From positions 1,075-65,074 of the IMG/VR virus record IMGVR_UViG_3300010153_000003: DNA of 64,000 bases. One strand, written 5' to 3'. The notes under the pieces are model-generated. The model was given only the letters and a program-made list of their open reading frames with translations, had not been told where the DNA came from and searched no databases. The translations under genes were made by a program, and so were the position numbers. Numbering within the stretch: the first letter of the stretch is position 1; every line of letters starts with the position of its first letter. Below are positions 56,383-64,000 of the stretch, one piece after another. The stretch comes from a virus. Lineage: Duplodnaviria > Caudoviricetes.

Positions 56383-59139
56383 ATGGTAGAACGATTGTTT
56401 TTCTCCAAACTGGTCACCAAAGACTTAACTGCCGTCGAGAGCAATAGAAGATTATTTGAAGGGGTGCTAACAGTTGAAATGAAAGATAGACAAGGTGAAA
56501 TCACAATACGTGATGAATTACTGAAAGTACTACCTATTTGGTTAGCAAGGGGAGGACCTATAACAGACACACACTCTAACAGAGTAGTAGGACAAGGAAT
56601 TAATTTCGGTTCGACTAGCATAGTAGGTGAGTGTGGTAAATCATATCCAGCAATTACAATACAGGGTGAGATTTATAAAGACTATGAATTAGACAATGAA
56701 ATCTGGGGTGCCATAAAATCAGGCAAATATAAGGGACTTTCTTTTGGCGGAGCCACTAAATCAAACAGAACACCTATAATGCAAAAAGACGGATCAATGG
56801 CATATTCTCTAAAAGACTTAGAACAATATGAAGTAGCCGTATGTGAAGAACCAGCAGTACCACTTGCATTAATTACCCAACATAATGAGGTAGCAAAAGC
56901 AATGGCAGGAGATGTAAAAGAAAGAGGTGACGGAACAATGTGTATAAGATGTGATAAATTTAAATGTTATATTGAAAAAGATTCATTAGTTAAAATAGAG
57001 GATGACGAGGATGACAATACTCAAGTAACCGTATTAGATGAATGGAAGAACGAGACTCATCCGGATAAAAATGGCAAGACTGAGGGTATTAGAACAACCA
57101 AAGGAGATGACACTTATTCAGATACCAGAGGTCCAAACACACCAAACAAAGACGAAGATGCAGAAGCATTGGAGAACAACAGAGGAGAACCACAGGAAAA
57201 CGGGGCTACCTATCACGGAACATCAAAAGGAAGAACACATACATGTGACTCAGAAGTAGCAGAAATTAACAATGTAGACGTAGGAGATAAGCCAACAGGT
57301 ATACCTAAAGTTCAAGCAATGGACAAAGACGATGATGAAATGTTAGAAGAAGCAGACTTGAAAGAAATTGAGAAGGAAGATAACATAGAACCAAAATATG
57401 GAGAAGACAATAAAGATAGATATGGTAATCCAATGCCTAAAGTAATGAGAAAGAAGCCTTCTGCAGTAGATACAGCACAAGACAAACAAGGAACCAGACA
57501 TAGTACAAGTCAGTCACCACAAGGTCAAATACAACCAAGATCATCACCTAATATGTCACCAGGACAACTAAAAAGAAGACAGGATGAATTAGCTGGAACA
57601 ACGGGAGGAGACAAAGTAGGAGGTAAAAAGATTAAACCACGTGCAACCGTAACACATGACCGTGAGACCGGGCAGACTACTATTGACAGTTCTAAATTAA
57701 GAAGAGGATCAATGGGTATAACAACAGTACCAACAGAGAGATATATTTCAAATATAACTCAAAGTGTTACTAGAACATTAGATGTATTAAACTCAATATT
57801 GAAAATTAAATTACAAACTACTAAACCAATAACATCAAGAGAAGGAGGTAAACATGGTGTGAAGCAACCAATTGTAGGAAATAGAAAACTAGGTAGAACA
57901 ACTGAATCAGAGACACCAGGAAATGTCAATCCTACAAAAGAAAACATGGAACATGGCAGTGTAGGAGATGCTTCAGTCAGTCATTATCAGGCAACTCATT
58001 TAGATCCAGATTTGGCAGAAAAATTAGCATATAACAAAGATTACAATACTGATGAAGTTGTAAGAGAATACGACGATTCAAAAAAAAAGCTAGAAAATAA
58101 AGCAACAGGAGAAGCACCGTATACAGAACCAGGTAGAGGTGGTTTTGCAGGCAGAGAGCCAGGCGAGACTTGTGATACTAACGAATCAACATCAATTCAT
58201 AATGTAAATCAGCCTAAACATGTAAATGAACCGTATGATGACGAAGAAGCAGAAGGAGTAAAGAAAGATCATATAACCAACACTCCTAGTGATGGAAAAT
58301 TAGGATCTAAAAATCCATTTAGAGTACCAGGTGTAAGTCCAGGTGCTTCAACAGAATTTTCACGTATGGGTGGTAACGATGAAGATGATCAATCATGGCA
58401 ACGAGAGTTCCCAGCTAGTAATAACCATGGACGAGGTTATATGAAAGAAAGTGATCAAGGATTAGATGATACTAAACATGAATATAGACATATAAAAAAC
58501 CCAACTAAAAATCCACGTTCAGATGGATCAGACGTTCATAATACTAAGAGACAAGGAGGGAAAGTACTTGGCCAAAATAAAAATCCTTTTGCACGAATGG
58601 AATGTTCCGAACAGTCATATCTTAATGCAGGTCATGGTAATGTAGGAGATAGTTCAATTAGAGGTGTAGTACCTAAGTTGAGACGTAAAAATGACAGAGC
58701 CATGACGGCAAACAACGCAGAAGACGGAGTTAACGGCAAGATGAGACTAGATAACGATCCACCAGCAGAGGCACTAGAAGTAGAAAAGAAGGTACAGACT
58801 GGAGACTATGGAAATAACTCAATAGATGTGGAAGGTAAGAATATAGACGCAGAGATAAATCCAGGTGCAAGTCTAAAAAAAGATACGGCTATAATGGATC
58901 CAGGAAGCGGCTCAGGAGGCATCAGAACCGGGGCATCCTATGATAATGCTCAACAAGATACAGGTCAAAAAGACAACCCACGTAAGGTAGAAGAAGAGGA
59001 ATACTCAGGCGAGGAAGACAGAGGTAGTTTGAATCCAAAATATGCAGGAGAAGAAGATACTGTTACTGGAGCAAGCAGAGGGAATTATAATAAAGCAACC
59101 TTGATTTTGAATGATTTGCTTCTACAATTAAAGAAATAG
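56383..59139 (+). CDS. Prohead protease with ~700-aa disordered C-terminal extension
   Basis: DRQGE.....L...H....VG...W..IKSG.Y.GLSFGG...EVAVC..PA.P.A.I protease motifs in the first ~180 aa. Confidence 0.85.
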   Translation: MVERLFFSKLVTKDLTAVESNRRLFEGVLTVEMKDRQGEITIRDELLKVLPIWLARGGPITDTHSNRVVGQGINFGSTSIVGECGKSYPAITIQGEIYKDYELDNEIWGAIKSGKYKGLSFGGATKSNRTPIMQKDGSMAYSLKDLEQYEVAVCEEPAVPLALITQHNEVAKAMAGDVKERGDGTMCIRCDKFKCYIEKDSLVKIEDDEDDNTQVTVLDEWKNETHPDKNGKTEGIRTTKGDDTYSDTRGPNTPNKDEDAEALENNRGEPQENGATYHGTSKGRTHTCDSEVAEINNVDVGDKPTGIPKVQAMDKDDDEMLEEADLKEIEKEDNIEPKYGEDNKDRYGNPMPKVMRKKPSAVDTAQDKQGTRHSTSQSPQGQIQPRSSPNMSPGQLKRRQDELAGTTGGDKVGGKKIKPRATVTHDRETGQTTIDSSKLRRGSMGITTVPTERYISNITQSVTRTLDVLNSILKIKLQTTKPITSREGGKHGVKQPIVGNRKLGRTTESETPGNVNPTKENMEHGSVGDASVSHYQATHLDPDLAEKLAYNKDYNTDEVVREYDDSKKKLENKATGEAPYTEPGRGGFAGREPGETCDTNESTSIHNVNQPKHVNEPYDDEEAEGVKKDHITNTPSDGKLGSKNPFRVPGVSPGASTEFSRMGGNDEDDQSWQREFPASNNHGRGYMKESDQGLDDTKHEYRHIKNPTKNPRSDGSDVHNTKRQGGKVLGQNKNPFARMECSEQSYLNAGHGNVGDSSIRGVVPKLRRKNDRAMTANNAEDGVNGKMRLDNDPPAEALEVEKKVQTGDYGNNSIDVEGKNIDAEINPGASLKKDTAIMDPGSGSGGIRTGASYDNAQQDTGQKDNPRKVEEEEYSGEEDRGSLNPKYAGEEDTVTGASRGNYNKATLILNDLLLQLKK

Positions 59140-59189
59140 AAATAATCGTTATACTTATATATATCAAATTCAGTATATAAAGTAACAAC

Positions 59190-59765
59190 ATGACTGACGA
59201 AAAAGAATATAAAGACGATGAAAAAGTTGAAGAAAGCAAAGAAGAATCAAAAACAGAGAAATCTGCATTTGACTCATCATTGCAAGCATTGACTGAAACC
59301 ATCAAAGGATTCGACATCAATGGTCTTAAAGACGAAATCCAAGGTATTAGCAAAAAAGTTGATACTTTTGATTCCAGAATTAAAGCCATGGAAGAACCAA
59401 CCGACTTACCGCTAAAACCAAAGGTTTCAGCAGAAGAAGATATTGGTGCTAAAGTCAAAGTCCCAGATGATTATCAAAGCAATTCCAACCAAGCCGGTGT
59501 CAAAGATTCCGACGAGGAAAACGCAAAAGAGAGTGATAAAAACAATCTCTCTATGCAAGAGAAAAGCTTAGACAGTGCAACCTTCACTACAGAAACACCA
59601 AGACCAGGTGCTGCACTTGAAACCGTAGAGAAATCTTCTGGTATCCAAGTAAATGAGGTGCTCAAAGCAGCTCGTCAAGCAGGACATGATGATCTAGGTG
59701 CAGTCGGAAGACGTATTCTGAAAGGAGAATTCGGTAGTCCAGAACAAGGTGACTCACAATGGTAA
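59190..59765 (+). CDS. Capsid scaffolding protein
   Basis: Acidic/coiled-coil ORF between protease and major capsid genes. Confidence 0.65.
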   Translation: MTDEKEYKDDEKVEESKEESKTEKSAFDSSLQALTETIKGFDINGLKDEIQGISKKVDTFDSRIKAMEEPTDLPLKPKVSAEEDIGAKVKVPDDYQSNSNQAGVKDSDEENAKESDKNNLSMQEKSLDSATFTTETPRPGAALETVEKSSGIQVNEVLKAARQAGHDDLGAVGRRILKGEFGSPEQGDSQW

Positions 59766-60994
59766 AAATACAAACAATTGATGAGCTAGAAGCACTTTAC
59801 TATGGTTACAATCGTAATTCTTTGAGAAAGGCAGACGCACCTGTAACAACCAGTACAACTGGTACTTTCAACGCAGTATTCGGGGCATACGCATGGGCTC
59901 AACTAAACCTTGAAGCAAATGCATTTGGTATTTTACCAAAGTATCCTTGGGATAAATCTGGTTGGAGGGTTATAACAGCTAAAGCAGACGCACTTGCAGA
60001 CGCAGGTACGAACAACAATACCGCCCTAGGTGGTACAGCTGAAGGTGGCCTTATCGCAGACACCATAAAACCAACACTTGCAGAAATTGATGTAAGACCA
60101 AAAACCGCTCAATTACCATTCAGTGCCTCAGAGGTAATGGAATGGCTTGCAACACACAGTAAAGATGATATTTGGGGTGGTCTAGGTTCACTTAGACTAT
60201 TCATGGCAGTTCAACACAAAGAATTGTTAAACAGAATGTTATTAACTGATGTTGAAAAAGGAGCAGCCGCAGCTTGTGCTGTCCACACTGGTTCACTTAA
60301 TTGGGAATCTTTAGACAGAATCATCTCAAGCCAAGCAGAAGCAAACTTACAAGGAGCTTGTTCAACAGACAACTACGATCCTTGGAAAGGAAGTTCTGGC
60401 GCTGTAATTGACAGAGATAGTTCCTCAACATATGACTCAACAGTCGTATCTCCATCCGGTACTTTAGGTACTAATGGAATCATGACTGATGATACATTGA
60501 GAACTTTCTTACGAACAATACGCAAGAAAGCTGGTAAAGATCCAAATGTATTCCTCGGTTCCCACGAAGTTTATTCCGAAATACAAGGCTTATTCATGCC
60601 TTCAGTCCGTATTGCAAATCCATACGGTGAAGCATTAGTTCAAGTCGATGTAAACGGTATCCAAACATTCAAAGGTACTGGTGTAGGTATACATGTAGAC
60701 TCTATCTATGGAGTTCCATTCATTCCAACCAAAGATGCTCCAAGCAATGCTTGTGACTCTGACGAAGTTGGTAGACTATTTGCATTAGATACATCTGATG
60801 CAGAAGGATATGGTTACCCAAGATTAGGAATTATGGTTTCTATCCCAACAGAATATTACGAAGCAACCCGTAGAAGTCCAGGATATCCATTCATCAACAA
60901 CGCATTTGTTGAGAAAGGTGTATTCAGAACTATGGGTGAGACCGTATGTAGAAGTTTCATCGCTCAAGGTAAGATTAGAGATATTAAACTTTAA
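59759..60994 (+). CDS. Major capsid protein (HK97 fold)
   Basis: 411 aa after the scaffold; LPKYPW..SGWRV, AEGG, ESLDRII, YGVPFIP, GETVC...AQGKIRD. Confidence 0.85.
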   Translation: MVKIQTIDELEALYYGYNRNSLRKADAPVTTSTTGTFNAVFGAYAWAQLNLEANAFGILPKYPWDKSGWRVITAKADALADAGTNNNTALGGTAEGGLIADTIKPTLAEIDVRPKTAQLPFSASEVMEWLATHSKDDIWGGLGSLRLFMAVQHKELLNRMLLTDVEKGAAAACAVHTGSLNWESLDRIISSQAEANLQGACSTDNYDPWKGSSGAVIDRDSSSTYDSTVVSPSGTLGTNGIMTDDTLRTFLRTIRKKAGKDPNVFLGSHEVYSEIQGLFMPSVRIANPYGEALVQVDVNGIQTFKGTGVGIHVDSIYGVPFIPTKDAPSNACDSDEVGRLFALDTSDAEGYGYPRLGIMVSIPTEYYEATRRSPGYPFINNAFVEKGVFRTMGETVCRSFIAQGKIRDIKL

Positions 60995-61123
60995 TAGAAC
61001 TATCTTATCACACTCGAAAACCCTATACCGAAAAACTAACGTTTTAGGTAATTTTTTTATTCTTATTATCTCAAGCAGGGCCCTCTACAATATCCTTATA
61101 TATAACCAAAACTACATTTATAT

Positions 61124-61525
61124 ATGGCAAATACAGTCGCAGTGAATTCAGATTGGGAAAATCTAACAGGGAAAACTCTTTCAGTCCAATCAGAACTAAC
61201 ATCAAAACTAAAAACAACAGTAGTAGATGTTACTTTTGCAGGATCTGACACATACGCAACAAATGGCGTGACAGTTGACCTTTCATTGGGCGGTAGAATT
61301 AGTACAATAATTGAAGCATCAATTATATCAAATGACAAAGGACTTCTACTTGAATATGTTCCAGCAACAGCAGGAGCAGCAGCCACAGGTAAGATCAAGG
61401 CTTTTGGATATATTAATGACGATGCAGCAGGTGTTAATGCTACCCCAGAGGCCTTTTCTGAATTGGCAAACGCATCAGCTATTGTTAACTCATTAGCAAT
61501 CAAAATTCGAGTAGTTGGGTTCTAA
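61124..61525 (+). CDS. Putative capsid decoration protein
   Basis: Follows the major capsid gene; DTYATNG...ELAN...IRVVG. Confidence 0.55.
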   Translation: MANTVAVNSDWENLTGKTLSVQSELTSKLKTTVVDVTFAGSDTYATNGVTVDLSLGGRISTIIEASIISNDKGLLLEYVPATAGAAATGKIKAFGYINDDAAGVNATPEAFSELANASAIVNSLAIKIRVVGF

Positions 61526-61586
61526 TAAGACCTATACTTCCTTTTTTTATGATAAACCTTATATATGTTTCTGACCATATTTAAAC

Positions 61587-61991
61587 ATGGCACAAGTAGA
61601 TACACCAAGAGAGAAAGTATCAAATGACGGAGGCTCTCTAGTAGGCCAATATAATGAAAATGAAGAAGTAGCAACTACAGCAGCATTTGTAACAGCATTA
61701 GATATTGACAGCAGATCAATTAGAGAATCAGTTTTTATTATTCATAATAATGCAGGTGGAGATTTAGATTATCAGATTCTTGCAAACGCAAAACCGTTAT
61801 CATCAATAGTAGATCCAGCAGGTTCAAATGATGATGACAAAGGCTGGGTCACATTAGCAACAGGCTCTGTAGCAACTACAGCAGCACCATCAATACAAAC
61901 ATTATCAAATCCTTATACAAGAGTAATAGTTCAGATTAAACATACAACATCAACAACAAACGTAGATATTTGGCATCGCGGTGAGAATTAA
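61587..61991 (+). CDS. Putative virion structural protein
   Basis: Beta-rich, 134 aa, in the head operon. Confidence 0.5.
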   Translation: MAQVDTPREKVSNDGGSLVGQYNENEEVATTAAFVTALDIDSRSIRESVFIIHNNAGGDLDYQILANAKPLSSIVDPAGSNDDDKGWVTLATGSVATTAAPSIQTLSNPYTRVIVQIKHTTSTTNVDIWHRGEN

Positions 61992-62959
61992 TGGTCGGTT
62001 CGGCTGACGCGGGCTCTGGCAGCGGAACTCTAGACACAGCAAAATCAACATCAGTTGCTGGAAGTGTAACTTTTAAAGGAGATTATAATGCAAATTCAAA
62101 TTCACCTAATTTAGATACTTCACCATCATGTGTCAAAAAAGGTGATCAATATGTCGTATCCGTAGGAGGTGCAGCATTTTTTACAGAGTCATTACAAGCC
62201 GGGGACTCTATTATAGCAAAACAAGACGATCCAACAACTTTAGCACATTGGATAAGAATTAACAGTAATTTAGTAACACCAATAGTAGCAACAACATGTC
62301 TGTCAGCAACTGGAACTAAGGACGCAACAACATTCCTTAGAGGTGACGATACATGGGTAGTTGCAGATACAAGTTTCACAGCTTCATCTACAGACACTCT
62401 CACTAACAAGACTTTTGATCAAGATGGCGCAGGTAACTCTATAACTAACATTGCAAACGCAAGTATCAAGGCAGCCGCAGCAATAGCATATTGTAAATTA
62501 GACTTAGCAGGTAATGTAGTAGCAACTACTGATCTATCAGCAACCGGAACTAAGGACGCAACAACATTCTTGCGTGGAGATGATACATGGGCAGTTGTAG
62601 ATGCAAGCCCACTAACCACTAAAGGAGACGTTTATACGTTTGATACAGGAAATGCAAGACTAGGAGTTGGATCAGATGGAGAAGTTCTAAAGGCATGTTC
62701 CTCAGCTGCAACAGGTTTAGTATGGGGAACAGGTGGCGGTGGAGCAACAGCAACACATGCATATACTAATCAAAGCAGCACGTCATATAGAGGAACTGGA
62801 ACATCAGGAACAGGTATAGATGTAGGAGTAGTAGTAGGAACAGAAGCAAGTGGAGTAGGAGAAAGAGAAATTTACATTAGAAAAATTGATGCTAATAACG
62901 AAGGAGTATTTACAGTGATTCATAAGAATGGAGCCGCAGTAGAGGTTCAGATTGCATAG
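61991..62959 (+). CDS. Head/tail fibre protein with internal repeats
   Basis: FKGDYNA..NSPNL; VATT(C/D)LSATGTKDATTFLRGDDTW x2; TLTNKT; LTTKGD...RLGVGSDGEVL. Confidence 0.7.
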   Translation: MVGSADAGSGSGTLDTAKSTSVAGSVTFKGDYNANSNSPNLDTSPSCVKKGDQYVVSVGGAAFFTESLQAGDSIIAKQDDPTTLAHWIRINSNLVTPIVATTCLSATGTKDATTFLRGDDTWVVADTSFTASSTDTLTNKTFDQDGAGNSITNIANASIKAAAAIAYCKLDLAGNVVATTDLSATGTKDATTFLRGDDTWAVVDASPLTTKGDVYTFDTGNARLGVGSDGEVLKACSSAATGLVWGTGGGGATATHAYTNQSSTSYRGTGTSGTGIDVGVVVGTEASGVGEREIYIRKIDANNEGVFTVIHKNGAAVEVQIA

Positions 62960-62975
62960 GTGGAATGATTGACCA

Positions 62976-64000
62976 ATGGCAATAACATATCACGCAGGTA
63001 GAAGGATTCAAGGAATATCAATTACACCTAGACAAGCAGGTTCAGGTTTAACACTTTGTGATAATTTCTCAACTGACAAGGGTTGGGCTACAAGCTGTTC
63101 AACATATATGGATTATGATTCTGGAAATTCAAGATTAAAAACAGTGTGGAATGGTTGTGCTACGAATAAAACCGTTGTTTATGATTTAGGAGAAGGAATG
63201 GTGTCAGATACAAAATGGGTGTTAAGAATGAAAATTAATATGGGTTCAACTAATGGAGCAGATAACGAGGGCTTTATCGGATTATCAGATTCAGATGAAA
63301 CAGCAGGAAAATGTACGGCACAAGACTTTGCAGGTGTTAGTTTCTTAGCAGGGTATTCAACAACAGCATGGAATGGACTTTACGAAGCTGAAGCTGATGG
63401 TGTAACATTACCGCCAACAGCAGGTAATCTTTTGGTATATAATTTTTCAGATAGTACAGATTATTGGTTAGAAATTAAACGAACAAGTGCAACAGCATTG
63501 ACATATACGTTATATTCAGATGCATTTAGTACATCGCTAGGTACACAATCTGTCACAATTGCAAGTGGTGTATCAGGGTTAAGATATATTAAACTTGCAA
63601 ATTATCCAGCTGCTTCTACAAATCAACCAGGTGCTTATGTAGATGATATTCAGTTTTATAATGATGTTACATCAACAGGAACAACCCCAGTAGCAGAAGT
63701 ACCTGCAAGTGGGGATACCAAACCAACAAATGTCCAAGCAGGAAGCAGATTTGAGGAAACCGATACCAGGAAGGTATATGATTTCATTGATCCAGATGTA
63801 ACAAATCAAGACATTGAATGGCAATGTAGTAGTAAAGAAAATGCAACAATATGTGGCAATACACTTACAGCAACAGCAGGTGGCTGGACAGTTATTGCAC
63901 GTTCTGTTCAAACAATATCCCCTAGTCGTGGTGGTGGAACTGTAATCGGTAAACATTCAAAGAATTATGGTATGTTTGGATTTTCCAAAGATCCTTATTG
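62976..64000 (+). CDS. Virion fibre/decoration protein, 3'-partial (absent from ORF track)
   Basis: MAITYHAGRRIQG...DTKPTNVQAGSRFEETDTRKVY...; open to the end of the window. Confidence 0.7.
   Translation, partial: MAITYHAGRRIQGISITPRQAGSGLTLCDNFSTDKGWATSCSTYMDYDSGNSRLKTVWNGCATNKTVVYDLGEGMVSDTKWVLRMKINMGSTNGADNEGFIGLSDSDETAGKCTAQDFAGVSFLAGYSTTAWNGLYEAEADGVTLPPTAGNLLVYNFSDSTDYWLEIKRTSATALTYTLYSDAFSTSLGTQSVTIASGVSGLRYIKLANYPAASTNQPGAYVDDIQFYNDVTSTGTTPVAEVPASGDTKPTNVQAGSRFEETDTRKVYDFIDPDVTNQDIEWQCSSKENATICGNTLTATAGGWTVIARSVQTISPSRGGGTVIGKHSKNYGMFGFSKDPY

Larger units (their letters stand above)
1..64000. other. Near-complete, circularly permuted genome of an archaeal tailed virus (siphovirus-like), probably infecting marine Nitrososphaeria
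   Basis: TerL, portal, prohead protease, major capsid, tail tube and tape measure genes, plus archaeal MCM and RadA and TTTATA/TTTAAA boxes about 25 nt before start codons. Host assignment is inference. Confidence 0.9.

Noticed and set aside
1-64000. Diversity-generating retroelement, integrase or amoC auxiliary gene
   Set aside because: No reverse transcriptase, adenine-variable repeat pair, recombinase or AmoC-like protein was recognised in the window.

Overview
This window is most of the genome of an AT-rich archaeal tailed virus (Caudoviricetes). It has siphovirus-type morphogenesis genes and no tail sheath, and it appears circularly permuted: head genes at the right end run into fibre, neck and tail genes at the left end. 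MCM, RadA, TATA-driven leaderless genes and a MoxR(CobS-like)/vWA pair point to an archaeal host, plausibly marine Nitrososphaeria (Marthavirus-like; inference). Modules: tail (1-16 kb); 2OG oxygenases, Cas4-like, TGT-like and terminase (16-21 kb); replication/recombination (23-32 kb); a minus-strand early region with repeated promoter cassettes (32-45 kb); a repeat-rich origin/terminus candidate (45.2-45.8 kb); and the head module (50.8-64 kb). No DNA polymerase, integrase, tRNA or CRISPR array was recognised. The most unusual signals are: (i) a thiol theme, with isolated Cys at small/acidic positions across most external virion proteins, an unannotated 36-aa metallothionein-like gene and many Cys-rich microproteins; (ii) two long disordered head-associated polypeptides punctuated by candidate Lys cleavage sites; (iii) two promoter-linked structured ncRNA candidates; (iv) a -1 frameshift at an HIV-1-like slippery site in the tail chaperone; (v) a TGT/DpdA-like protein lacking the DSG aspartate. 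All functional calls come from motif recognition by eye, not database searches.
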